Positions 1-8,636 of a DNA stretch of 64,000 nt are shown here, one piece after another (within the stretch, counting starts at the first letter, position 1; the number at the start of each line of letters is the position of its first letter). The position numbers were made by a program, and so were the translations under genes. The stretch is from an uncultured bacterium (lineage in GTDB: Bacteria > SAR324 > NAC60-12), in the NCBI GenBank assembly GCA_965662235.1, contig CBFIGY010000010.1, positions 30,170-94,169 on the forward strand, in the 5' to 3' direction. Under the pieces are notes generated by a model. It made no database searches. It saw only the letters and a list, made by a program, of their open reading frames with translations, and was not told the origin of the DNA.

Positions 1-1
1 C

Positions 2-151
2 CACTCCCACCGAGAGCTACGGGAAGCACTGCTGCAGCTCAAGGGATTTCAGGGAGCCACGGGGCGGATTCACTTTGATGAGCAGGGGGAGATTCAGCGA
101 GAGATGCAGCTGCTGACCATCCGGAACGGGCGCTTCCGGCCCATTCCGTAA
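2..151 (+). CDS. 3' end of a periplasmic binding-fold protein (LpoA-like / branched-chain amino acid SBP-like), truncated by the window edge
   Basis: Frame 2 reads HSHRELREALLQLKGFQGATGRIHFDEQGEIQREMQLLTIRNGRFRPIP*. FxGATGxIxFDxxG is typical of the C-terminus of type I periplasmic binding proteins and LpoA. Confidence 0.6.
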   Translation, partial: HSHRELREALLQLKGFQGATGRIHFDEQGEIQREMQLLTIRNGRFRPIP

Positions 152-158
152 CGAGCGG

Positions 159-641
159 TCACACGTTCAAAGCTGACTCAGCAATGACGATGCCGTCTTC
201 ATCGGCATACAGCCAGTCTCCCGGAGACACCGGGACGCCGGCCAGTGCAAGATCGACATCTTCCTCGCCGCGGTCCAGCTTGATGCTCTTGCGAGGATTG
301 GTGTCCAGAGCCCACACGCCAATGGGCATGGTTGCGATCTCTGCGCTGTCCCGGATGCATCCCTGCACCACAATGCCCGACCAGCCATTGTCGACTCCCA
401 GCTGCGCCAGGTTGTCTCCCAGCAACGCGCACCGCATGGAGCCGGCGCCATCCACCACCAGCACCCGTCCCTTTCCGGGCTGTTCCAGCTGCCTGCGGAC
501 CAGCGAATTGTCTTCAAAAACACGCAACGTCTTGACCAGGCCATGGGCCTTGGTGTGGCCACCGTAGCTGCGGAAACCGGGTTCAGTGACCCGGAGGTCT
601 TCACCAAATTGATCATAAAGATCGGCTGTCTTGATACTCAT
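159..641 (-). CDS. rraA: RraA family protein (regulator of RNase E activity / HMG aldolase-like)
   Basis: TADLYD, FEDNSLVR, VLVVDGAGSMRCALLGD, GCIRD and PGDWLYADEDG motifs. Confidence 0.93.
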   Translation of the reverse strand: MSIKTADLYDQFGEDLRVTEPGFRSYGGHTKAHGLVKTLRVFEDNSLVRRQLEQPGKGRVLVVDGAGSMRCALLGDNLAQLGVDNGWSGIVVQGCIRDSAEIATMPIGVWALDTNPRKSIKLDRGEEDVDLALAGVPVSPGDWLYADEDGIVIAESALNV

Positions 642-685
642 GGGGGGCTTTCTGAGAAAGGTTCCGGAGTCGCTGCGAAAAGCAC

Positions 686-714
686 TTGACTCCCTGACGG
701 GGAGGCTCTATTTT
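686..714 (+). promoter_or_regulatory. Putative sigma70 promoter of rpsU
   Basis: TTGACT-N17-TATTTT about 55 bp upstream of the rpsU ATG. Confidence 0.45.
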
Positions 715-768
715 AATTGATTTGCGTGACGAAAAGCCACTGAAGATTCAACCCGAATAAGATCCTCC

Positions 769-987
769 ATGCCGATTACCATTGAAGTCCGGGACGGAAA
801 CCTCTCCAAGTCGATGATGCAGCTCAAGCGAACCTTGATTCGAGAAGGGCTGTTTAAGGAAATCAAGAAGCGTAAGTTTTACGTGAAGCCGTCAGTGGCG
901 AAGCGCCTCAAGCGGGAAAACGCGGAAAAGCAACGCAACAAGGACATCAAGCGCGAGATTCGCGCCGCCCTGAAAGCGGACTTCTGA
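769..987 (+). CDS. rpsU: 30S ribosomal protein S21
   Basis: 72 aa, basic; EGLFKEIKKRKFYVKPS..KR motif. Confidence 0.92.
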   Translation: MPITIEVRDGNLSKSMMQLKRTLIREGLFKEIKKRKFYVKPSVAKRLKRENAEKQRNKDIKREIRAALKADF

Positions 988-993
988 GCAAGC

Positions 994-1012
994 GGGGGAG
1001 GGCCTCTCCCCC
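994..1012. terminator. GC-rich hairpin between convergent rpsU and the selenoprotein gene
   Basis: GGGGGAG-ggcct-CTCCCCC inverted repeat; no strong U tract. Confidence 0.45.
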
Positions 1013-1018
1013 ACGGCT

Positions 1019-1237
1019 TCATTCCTTGAGGAGCTGAACGACCTCTCCGGGCTCCGGGAACCGTCCCTGCTGGTGTTTCGAGAACACCACCCTTCCTTCG
1101 TCTTTCACTTCAAACGCCCCCTTCGCACCAGGAATCAGTTCGGTTTCCACACCGAAGGTTTCCTGAATTTCTGCGGCCAAACTGGTCGCACGCGGCAGGT
1201 AGCTTCACATCACACAGTATTCAATGCTGAGCTTCAT
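1019..1237 (-). CDS. SelW/SelT/SelH (Rdx family) selenoprotein, 72 aa, CxxU motif; codon 11 is TGA read as Sec
   Basis: Manual translation: MKLSIEYCVM-U-SYLPRATSLAAEIQETFGVETELIPGAKGAFEVKDEGRVVFSKHQQGRFPEPGEVVQLLKE*. It has Rdx motifs (IEYCxxU, GxFEV, FSK..GRFP), an AAGGAG RBS and a TGATG overlap with the upstream stop. Not in the ORF track. Confidence 0.92.
1172..1190 (-). promoter_or_regulatory. Putative bacterial SECIS element
   Basis: mRNA UGCG-A-CCA-GUU-UGG-C-CGCA hairpin starts 14 nt after the in-frame UGA (1205-1207), with G at the start of the apical loop. Confidence 0.65.
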
Positions 1238-1974
1238 CAGGCTCTCTCCTTTAAGGATTCAGGGATAGGATCGGCCGGAACGTCCCGCAACAGGCGTGCG
1301 GTGACCGCATCCGACTTCCGGGAAAACAAGGGACCACGGGGCTGCCGAACCGGGTTGGATCGGCGCAGTCGCGACGGCTGAGAGCGGGGGCTCCAGCGCT
1401 GCGGAAGCGACTCCAGCCACGTCCCCAGCGGGAGTGGCAGAAAGAGGATGGGGCTGAGGCGCATCAGGCACCACAGACCCACCAGCGCCACGCCGGTGAG
1501 GCTGACCCAGGGCATGGGGCTGTTCACAATCCACTCCCGTCCAATCTGACCGAGGTAGCCTTCCTGCCAGTGGAAGTTGATCGCTAGGGAACGGGCGGTT
1601 CCGAACATTCCATGCAGCATACTGGTGGAGGCCACCAGCAGAATCGTCAAGATGAGGCGGCTGTGCAGAAAGCTGTACTGCCGCGGCTCCAGCAGCAGCT
1701 TCCGGGACCGAGGCAGGCGCCACAGCAGCCAGCCGAGCAGAAAAGCCGACGTTCCAAACCACTCCAGCAGCGTCCCTGCGAACAGCGCTCCCACAATGCC
1801 CAACCAGTTGTGAATACCGTCTACCGGAGAGGCTTGGTGAAAGAGGGTTGGGTCCTGAAAGTGAGCACTGAACAGACTCATTGCCAGAAACAGTCCCCAA
1901 AGCCAATGTCCCCAGCGGCGTGGAACCGGCGGCGCTTCAGCGAGGGGGCCGTGATGAATGGAAGTGGGGTACAT
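1237..1974 (-). CDS. Membrane protein with FtsK-like 4TM domain only (no motor domain)
   Basis: DP..F.....IHNWLGIVGALFAGTLLEWFGTSAF matches the FtsK N-terminal membrane region; no Walker A motif. Confidence 0.65.
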   Translation of the reverse strand: MYPTSIHHGPLAEAPPVPRRWGHWLWGLFLAMSLFSAHFQDPTLFHQASPVDGIHNWLGIVGALFAGTLLEWFGTSAFLLGWLLWRLPRSRKLLLEPRQYSFLHSRLILTILLVASTSMLHGMFGTARSLAINFHWQEGYLGQIGREWIVNSPMPWVSLTGVALVGLWCLMRLSPILFLPLPLGTWLESLPQRWSPRSQPSRLRRSNPVRQPRGPLFSRKSDAVTARLLRDVPADPIPESLKERA

Positions 1975-1976
1975 CG

Positions 1977-2477
1977 TCAGGAGTTGGAACGGGTGACAGC
2001 AGCCGTGACCACTTGCGCCACTGAGGGCAGCACATACGTTTCAATGCTTTCTCCCAGAAACGCGAGCTCCCGGACCAGCGAGGAGCTGATCTGGAACCGT
2101 TCTGGGCGTCCGAACAGGCAGAAGGTTTCAATTTCTGGAACAATGACCGCGTTTCCCAACGCCTGCTGCTGCTCCGGGTGAAAGTCGTCCACGCTCCGGA
2201 GACCCTTGACAATGGCGCACGCCTGCTTGCTCTGAGCATACCGAACCGTGGCGCCGGTGAACGAGTCAACGGTGACGTTTTCCAGCTGGTAGTGGTCAAC
2301 GTAGGCCTGCATCATTTCCACACGTTCCTGCTGGGTGAACAGGTAGGCCTTGGTCGGATTTACCGCGGCGGCCCAGAAGACGTGGTCAAACTGCCGGGAG
2401 GCCCGGATCAGGATGTCCGCGTGTCCGAAGGTGGGCGGATTGGAGCTGATGGGATAGACCGCGATGTGGGAGGCCAT
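1977..2477 (-). CDS. coaD: Phosphopantetheine adenylyltransferase
   Basis: AVYP.S.NPPT.GH.DI..RA, KGLRSVDDF, ISSSLVRELA. Confidence 0.92.
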   Translation of the reverse strand: MASHIAVYPISSNPPTFGHADILIRASRQFDHVFWAAAVNPTKAYLFTQQERVEMMQAYVDHYQLENVTVDSFTGATVRYAQSKQACAIVKGLRSVDDFHPEQQQALGNAVIVPEIETFCLFGRPERFQISSSLVRELAFLGESIETYVLPSVAQVVTAAVTRSNS

Positions 2478-2480
2478 GAG

Positions 2481-5237
2481 TCAAGACGATTGGGTTCGCG
2501 CCTGCTGCACCAAGTTGTGCAGGGTGGTGAGTGCTTGGAGTGGGGTCATTTGGTCGGGATCCAAGGACTTTAGGGTTTCCAGCCACTCGGGAGTCTCTGC
2601 AAACAGAGAGAGCTGTGCCGAAGCGGAAGCCGCAGCCGACCGAGTCCAGTCCGGTGCCGGCTCCTCGACCTGGGCCGGGCTCCGAGGGGGCAACGGCTGG
2701 GCGAGCTCAGGGAGACGGTGTCCCATGGAAGACGCCTCCAGCTCCTGCATGACTTGCAGGGCGCGTTCCACAACCGGAGTCGGAATGCCTGCTAGGCGAG
2801 CAACCTGAACACCGTAGCTCTTGTTGGCCTCGCCAGCAACAATCTTCCGGACGAAGACGATTTCCTCTCCGTGTTCCTCGACGACAACGCTGAAGTTGGC
2901 CACTCCCTCAAGTTCCTCCGCTAGGGCGTTCAGCTCATGGTAGTGGGTCGCACAGAGCGTCAGGGCCCCGAGTTCATGAAGGTACTCCGCAATCGACCAA
3001 GCCAGGCTGATGCCATCGAAGGTGCTGGTCCCGCGGCCAATCTCGTCAAGTACGACCAGGCTCTGGGAAGTGGCTTGGTGCAAGATGGCGGCGGCTTCGT
3101 TCATTTCCACGAGAAAGGTGCTTTGGCCTTGACTGAGGTTATCTGAGGCGCCAACCCGCGTAAAGATCCGATCCACCAAAACCAACTCGGCCTCCTCGGC
3201 GGCCACAAAGGATCCGGCCTGGGCCATCAGCACATTGAGCGCGATCTGCCGCATGAAGGTGCTCTTGCCGGCCATGTTCGGACCTGTCAGCAGCATGAGG
3301 CGGCATCCGGAGGCCTCCAGCGCAATGTCGTTGGGCACAAAGGGTTCTCCCAGGCGGATGCTCTCAATGACGGGGTGCCGGGAGTGCCGCAGGCGGATGC
3401 TCCCCGGAGCCCCCAGCGGCTTCAGCTGCGGCCGGACGTACCGGTTCTGTTCAGCAACATGAGCAAGCCCTGCCAGAACATCGGTCTCAGCCACCAGCTG
3501 GGCAGCCTGTTGGATGCGGGCGGTTTCCGCAATCATCCGGGACTTAAGCTCCTGAAACAGCTCCTGTTCCAAGCGACCAATGCGCTCTTCAGCGGTGAGG
3601 ATTTTTTCCTCAAACTCCTTGAGCTCCGGAGTGATGTAACGCTCTGCATTGACCAGCGTCTGCTTGCGGATGTAGTGCTCAGGAACGGCGTCCTTGTGAG
3701 CGTTGCTGACCTCCAGGTAGTAGCCAAAGACCTTGTTGTAGCTGATCTTCAGGGAGCTGATGCCGGTGGTGTCACGTTCTCGCTGCAGTACCCGGTTGAG
3801 GAACTCCTTGGAGTTGCGGGAAATTTCCCGGAGCTCATCCAGTTCCTCTGAAACCCCCTCTGCCATGTAGCCTCCCTCAGAAAGCCGGTGGGCAGGATGC
3901 TCTAGCAACTGTGTCTCTAGCAGCTCCAACAGATCCGTCAGCGGGTCGAACTCGGTCCCAATCGCCTGAAGCCGTGAGGCTTCAAGACGCTGGTAGAAGA
4001 CGGGAAGCTGCTGCAGGGGCTCCAGCGACTCCCGGAGGCCAACAAGGTCTGGAATGCCTGCAACAGGCAGGCTGAGGCGTCCGATGAGCCGGGGCAGGTC
4101 CTGGACCGTCTTGAGCAGGTTGCGCAGCTCTTCTCGGAGGAGGAACTGACGGGAGAACTCTTCCACGGCGTCGTGGCGTTCAGCGATGGACGATGCCTGC
4201 AGCAGCGGACGTCGCAGCCAGTGCCGCAGGAGGCGGGCGCCCATGGGGGTAACGGTCTGGTCGAGGACGTGAAAGAGCGTGTGCCGTTTTTGTCCAGATT
4301 GGGCCTCAAACAGCTCGAGGTTCCGGAGGGTGGTCTCATCAAGGAGCATGGCCTGCTCCACCGCATGCAGCCGAATCGACGTCAGGTGCGTGAGGTCGCA
4401 CATCTGCGTGTCCTCAAGGTAGCGCAGAACGGCTCCTGCGGCCCGGAGGCCATGGGGAAAGTCCTCAATGCCAAAACCGGCCAGGTTGAGCGTCTTGAAG
4501 TGCCGGCACAGGTTGCGATGCGCGGCTTCTTCGTCGAAGTGATAGGGGTCAATGAGCTGGCAGCGGCCCGGGCTGGCTTCCGGACTGGACGAGGCCTCTG
4601 CAAGGTGAGGCGACACCTGGTCCAGCAGCTGAGCGAGGCGCTGTGTGAGGGCTTCCAAAAATTCCGACTCTGCGGTGGAGCGACTCTGCGGCAGCAGGAT
4701 CTCCTGAGGGTCCAACTGAACGAGGAAGTCATAAAATCGGGGCAACTGGCTGAGCGCAAACTCACACAGCTCATACTCCCCGGTGGAGACGTCCGCAAAG
4801 GCGACTCCGAGCTTCTGGGCCTTGAGGTCAACCGCAGCCGCAAGGAGGTAGTTGTTGCGGTCTGGGTCAATGAGCTGAGGCGACACCGTTGTGCCAGGGG
4901 TGACAATCCGGACGACCTCTCGGTTGACGATCTTGCCGGTGGCCTGGGCAGGGTCCTCGGTCTGATCGCAGATGGCCACCTTGTAGCCTGCTGCAGTCAG
5001 CTTGTTGAGGTACTGCTCATAGGCCCGCACCGGGACCCCGCACATGGGCAATGCGCCTTCCTTCTTCTTGTCCCGAGACGTCAGGGCAATCTGCAGCACC
5101 CGTGCGCCAATCACCGCGTCTTCCCCAAACATCTCAAAGAAGTCCCCCATCCGGAAGAAGAGGATCTTGTCCGGATGCTGACGCTTGGCGTCTTGGAACT
5201 GACGCATCATCGGCGTCTCAGTGGGCGGTGCGCTCAT
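2481..5237 (-). CDS. mutS: DNA mismatch repair protein MutS
   Basis: TPMMRQF, FFRMGDFFEMF, TGPNMAGKST, STFLVEM, DEIGRGTST, SYGVQVARLAG and a C-terminal QLSLF clamp motif. Confidence 0.98.
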   Translation of the reverse strand: MSAPPTETPMMRQFQDAKRQHPDKILFFRMGDFFEMFGEDAVIGARVLQIALTSRDKKKEGALPMCGVPVRAYEQYLNKLTAAGYKVAICDQTEDPAQATGKIVNREVVRIVTPGTTVSPQLIDPDRNNYLLAAAVDLKAQKLGVAFADVSTGEYELCEFALSQLPRFYDFLVQLDPQEILLPQSRSTAESEFLEALTQRLAQLLDQVSPHLAEASSSPEASPGRCQLIDPYHFDEEAAHRNLCRHFKTLNLAGFGIEDFPHGLRAAGAVLRYLEDTQMCDLTHLTSIRLHAVEQAMLLDETTLRNLELFEAQSGQKRHTLFHVLDQTVTPMGARLLRHWLRRPLLQASSIAERHDAVEEFSRQFLLREELRNLLKTVQDLPRLIGRLSLPVAGIPDLVGLRESLEPLQQLPVFYQRLEASRLQAIGTEFDPLTDLLELLETQLLEHPAHRLSEGGYMAEGVSEELDELREISRNSKEFLNRVLQRERDTTGISSLKISYNKVFGYYLEVSNAHKDAVPEHYIRKQTLVNAERYITPELKEFEEKILTAEERIGRLEQELFQELKSRMIAETARIQQAAQLVAETDVLAGLAHVAEQNRYVRPQLKPLGAPGSIRLRHSRHPVIESIRLGEPFVPNDIALEASGCRLMLLTGPNMAGKSTFMRQIALNVLMAQAGSFVAAEEAELVLVDRIFTRVGASDNLSQGQSTFLVEMNEAAAILHQATSQSLVVLDEIGRGTSTFDGISLAWSIAEYLHELGALTLCATHYHELNALAEELEGVANFSVVVEEHGEEIVFVRKIVAGEANKSYGVQVARLAGIPTPVVERALQVMQELEASSMGHRLPELAQPLPPRSPAQVEEPAPDWTRSAAASASAQLSLFAETPEWLETLKSLDPDQMTPLQALTTLHNLVQQARTQSS

Positions 5238-5391
5238 TGGGTTCGGATCGAGAGTGGGGTACGTGACATCAGCAAGCCCCTAGCTTAGGTGACTCCACAC
5301 AACACTCAAGCCCTTCCCCTGCTCCGAATGGAGACAGAGAAACGCCTGCTGCAAGCAGGTGAAGGACGCCGTATTTCGTCCGGAGCGTCGC

Positions 5392-5420
5392 TTGACATTT
5401 ATTAAAAACAGGGCCATAAA
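5392..5420 (+). promoter_or_regulatory. Putative sigma70 promoter in AT-rich intergenic region
   Basis: Perfect TTGACA at 5392 followed 17 nt later by CATAAA; upstream of the 5486 gene cluster. Confidence 0.4.
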
Positions 5421-5485
5421 TTTACCACGTCTTTACATATCTATATGATATATTTGTTATTATCCATGGAGAATTTTTTCGCGAT

Positions 5486-6394
5486 TTGCCATTGCTAAAG
5501 CCGTTTCTATTAAAATCATTTTCCTTACTGGTGTTGGTGCTCATTCAGCCCGTTCTACCGCAGGCGGCCTGTTACTTCATCCCGGCAGCCCCGGAGGTAG
5601 AGCAGTTGGCTCAACTGGAGCAGTGGGGGCGCTCCTTGCTCAATGAGTTTGTGGCACCCATCAAACCGTTGCCCAGCGCGGGCATTTCTAACCGGGAACT
5701 GGAGACGGAGTGTCACTTCGACGTTCGGTTGGACCCGTCTTCCCCAATGTCTCTGTCGCTGGTTGCCCGCAACGCTCCAGTGGGCATTGACGGAGTGGAG
5801 GAGCTGAGCGCCTTCAATCCCGCCAACGTGGAGCAGGCGCTGCTGCGGATCATTTGGAACGCGAACCCGGAACAGCAGGAACCGATCTGTCGCAAGTACG
5901 CGGAGCGGCTTCGGCAGCAGTGTGGCGGCACCCGACCGATTCAGGTGCTTTCGGTGCTGCGGCAGCCTGAGCTTCAGGAGGCAGAAAGCGTGGTCTGGGG
6001 GGAGTTGGAGGCACTGGCTCCACGAGTCAAGGGGGTGACGGTGGTTTCAGAACGGATTCGCCTGCAAGCAGAGGAGCCCTGGGAAGCGAAGCTCAATCCA
6101 CAAACGGAGGGGGTGATTCTCTTTGAGCTAGAGGGAGACCGCCTGAAGCAGCCTTCCTCGATGTGGGCCGGCTTTGTGGACATTCAGGTCGAGCTCAGCC
6201 TCTGGCGCAAGCAGGAGGCGACCTGGCAGAACGTGGGCGCCTTTGCTTCAGACCCGCAACGCATGCCGATCCGGAAGTGGAGCGAGCGAGACTCAGCTTG
6301 GGAAAAGCACTTTGGAAAAGCCGCAAAGAAGCTCATCAGCAAGTGGGATGAGCGGAGTTTACTAGAAACCTTTCAACGCCTAACTGCCCCATGA
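5486..6394 (+). CDS. Hypothetical secreted protein
   Basis: 302-aa ORF with an N-terminal signal-peptide-like stretch and 4 Cys; ATGA overlap with the next gene; TTG start uncertain. Confidence 0.65.
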   Translation: MPLLKPFLLKSFSLLVLVLIQPVLPQAACYFIPAAPEVEQLAQLEQWGRSLLNEFVAPIKPLPSAGISNRELETECHFDVRLDPSSPMSLSLVARNAPVGIDGVEELSAFNPANVEQALLRIIWNANPEQQEPICRKYAERLRQQCGGTRPIQVLSVLRQPELQEAESVVWGELEALAPRVKGVTVVSERIRLQAEEPWEAKLNPQTEGVILFELEGDRLKQPSSMWAGFVDIQVELSLWRKQEATWQNVGAFASDPQRMPIRKWSERDSAWEKHFGKAAKKLISKWDERSLLETFQRLTAP

Positions 6395-6858
6395 AGTTCC
6401 TCATGCCCCTGTTGCTCCTTCTGCTCAGTCTGCCCCTGCAGGCGGCAGAGGTTCCAAACTTCTGGATCCGGAACCTGGAAGGAGAGCGTTTTGACACGCG
6501 CAACCTACAGGGACGTCCCTTTGTGGCGAGCTTCTTTTTTGTCGCCTGTGTCCCCTGTCGGAAGGAAATTCCGGAGCTGCATGCCTTCATGACCAAGGAG
6601 CACCCGGACGTGCCTCTGCTGTTCATTAACCCCATCAAGGAGGACAGCGAAGCAGACATTGCTCGCTTCGCCGAGACCCTAGGAGTTCCCAAGTCTTACT
6701 TTTACCGAGACAGCTTCAGTGCCGTCAGCCGAAAGTTCTTCAGCCGGGAGAAGATCGGCTTCCCCACGATCATCGGCGGGCAGAACGGCCAGCAGCTGTT
6801 TCGTTTCCCGGGCCTTCCTGAGGGCGCCCTGGCCACCATCCGCAAGGAACTAAAATGA
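6391..6858 (+). CDS. TlpA/ResA-like thiol:disulfide redoxin, exported
   Basis: Signal peptide, PNFWIRNLEG, FFFVACVPCRKEIPEL (CxxC) and GFPT cis-Pro loop. Confidence 0.85.
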   Translation: MKFLMPLLLLLLSLPLQAAEVPNFWIRNLEGERFDTRNLQGRPFVASFFFVACVPCRKEIPELHAFMTKEHPDVPLLFINPIKEDSEADIARFAETLGVPKSYFYRDSFSAVSRKFFSREKIGFPTIIGGQNGQQLFRFPGLPEGALATIRKELK

Positions 6859-8015
6859 AGAAGCTTATCATCGTGCTGGGCCTCTGGCTCCTTCCACTGG
6901 GAGTATGGGCTCAGAAGCCTCCGGCGGGTTTGGCCCCCATGGGCGCTTTGGGGGATTTCTCTGAAATGGAGAAGACCATCCTGTTCAACTCGTTGCAGGA
7001 GTACCTTTCGACCCATTACGCCCTTGCCTCTCAGAAGGCTTTTGAACAGGCTCAGGATGCTGCGTTTGAGGAACTCGATTATGAGGAATGCACAGAGGAT
7101 CAGTGCTTTGCGGTCATTCAACAGATTCTGCAGGTGGATAACCTGTTCCTCTTCAATGTTACCCGAGAGGGCACTTTTACGCAGCTTTCGCTGACGGCTG
7201 TGAACCTCGACAGCGAGCGACTGGTCCGGACGGCCGTGTGTGACCAGTGTGGCATTGGCGAGTTGAACGCCCAAGTGGAGGGCATGGTGCTCAAAATTGT
7301 GGAAGCAACTCAACCCGCCTCAGTTGCTGCCAGTGAATCCGTAGCGCCTGCAGGAACCCGGACGGATGCTGCGGCAGGAACCCCGGAGCCAGCGTCACCA
7401 CCGGAGCCGGAACCTGTTGCTGAAAAACCCTCCTCCGCGCCGGAGCCTGTGGTACAGGCAGATCAACCCGCCTCAGTTGCCGCCAGTGAATCCGTAGCGC
7501 CTGCAGGAACCCAGACGGATGCTGCGGCAGGGACACCGGAGCCAGCGTCACCACCGGAACCTGTTGCTGAAAAACCCTCCCCTATGCCGGAGCCTGTGGT
7601 ACAGGCAGAGCCGGAGCCCGAACCAGAGGTCCGTACGTCTCAATCGTCGGGCTCCAATTGGATCTGGCACGCTGTAACCTTGGGCGTTACAGGAGTCGCG
7701 ATGCTACAGGCAAAGAGTGCCGCAGATGATTACAACACCCTCTCCAGCCGCAATAAAGAACTCGCCAGCCTCTATGCCAGCAACCCAAGTGCGAGCTACA
7801 GCGCCGAGTACACTAGCAACCAAAGCGAAATGAAGTCTCTCAAGTCTTCTGCAGAAACGTATGACCTGATCACTTACATCGGCTTGGGCGTGGAGGTGTA
7901 CCTGTTGCTCTTTACCGGTTCTGGAGACGAGACCGCCTATCAGCCCAATTCGCGACCCATGCGGGTCCTCGCGACCAACGATTCCTTCAAGGTGAGATTC
8001 CAATGGCAGTTTTAA
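6855..8015 (+). CDS. Hypothetical exported/outer-membrane protein with Pro/Ala/Glu-rich repeated linker
   Basis: Signal peptide; N-domain with C-x4-C and CxxC; duplicated 51-aa linker; ends in FKVRFQWQF (beta-signal-like). Confidence 0.75.
   Translation: MKKLIIVLGLWLLPLGVWAQKPPAGLAPMGALGDFSEMEKTILFNSLQEYLSTHYALASQKAFEQAQDAAFEELDYEECTEDQCFAVIQQILQVDNLFLFNVTREGTFTQLSLTAVNLDSERLVRTAVCDQCGIGELNAQVEGMVLKIVEATQPASVAASESVAPAGTRTDAAAGTPEPASPPEPEPVAEKPSSAPEPVVQADQPASVAASESVAPAGTQTDAAAGTPEPASPPEPVAEKPSPMPEPVVQAEPEPEPEVRTSQSSGSNWIWHAVTLGVTGVAMLQAKSAADDYNTLSSRNKELASLYASNPSASYSAEYTSNQSEMKSLKSSAETYDLITYIGLGVEVYLLLFTGSGDETAYQPNSRPMRVLATNDSFKVRFQWQF
7311..7609 (+). repeat. Intragenic tandem duplication (153-bp period, two copies)
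   Basis: CAACCCGCCTCAGTTGC...GGTACAGGCAGA at 7311 and 7464; the second copy lacks 6 bp and has a few substitutions. Confidence 0.95.
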
Positions 8016-8524
8016 AAACCAGCGCCCTTCTGCTGAGCAGCCTCCTTTTCTTGGGGTGCGGATCTCAAACCCTTGAGGATGAAGGATTGGAGAGCAAGAC
8101 GATCGAAGAAGCGGCCTCCACAAGTACTGGAAGCACAGGTTCGGGGGGTACAAGCAGTACGGAGTTTACTGTAGTAAGTACAACGCCTGCAGATGGCGCA
8201 ACCAACGTTTCTACCAACACTCAGATCTCTCTGACTTTCAGTGATGATCTGGGCCTCTATGGTGCAGGAACCTCCACGACATGTTCTGAGCAGGTCTTTC
8301 AACTTTCTACAGATAATTTTTCTAGCTGTATTGGTTGGGACTACAGCAGTGGGTATTTTTATACAGTGAATGGTTCAACCATTACTCTGGAGACTCCAAC
8401 ATTGAGTGCCAGCACCACTTACCAGTTGAAGGTTGTGCCATCTGCGAGCAGTGGGCAATTGACACTGACATCCCTAAGCAGCATCCCAGTTACTTCCTCC
8501 ACAATCTCTTTCACCACTCAGTAG
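8003..8524 (+). CDS. Ser/Thr-rich lipoprotein with bacterial Ig-like (Big_5/SbsA-like) domain
   Basis: Lipobox FLGC; VVSTTPADGATNVSTNTQISLTFS and LSASTTYQLKV...FTT Ig-like signature; AT-richer codon usage than neighbours. Confidence 0.8.
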   Translation: MAVLKTSALLLSSLLFLGCGSQTLEDEGLESKTIEEAASTSTGSTGSGGTSSTEFTVVSTTPADGATNVSTNTQISLTFSDDLGLYGAGTSTTCSEQVFQLSTDNFSSCIGWDYSSGYFYTVNGSTITLETPTLSASTTYQLKVVPSASSGQLTLTSLSSIPVTSSTISFTTQ

Positions 8525-8636
8525 TTCCTGCATCGTGCCGTTTTCGTAGCATTGCGGCAAAAGGGTGGCTATGCTGCCGGAGGGTGGGGGGCCATCAAGG
8601 TGGCGCCCCTTGTTCAGCACTCAGCAGAGCCTACTC

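Noticed and set aside
1073..1381. 102-aa plus-strand ORF
   Set aside because: Shadow of the minus-strand selenoprotein and FtsK-4TM genes; no recognisable motif.
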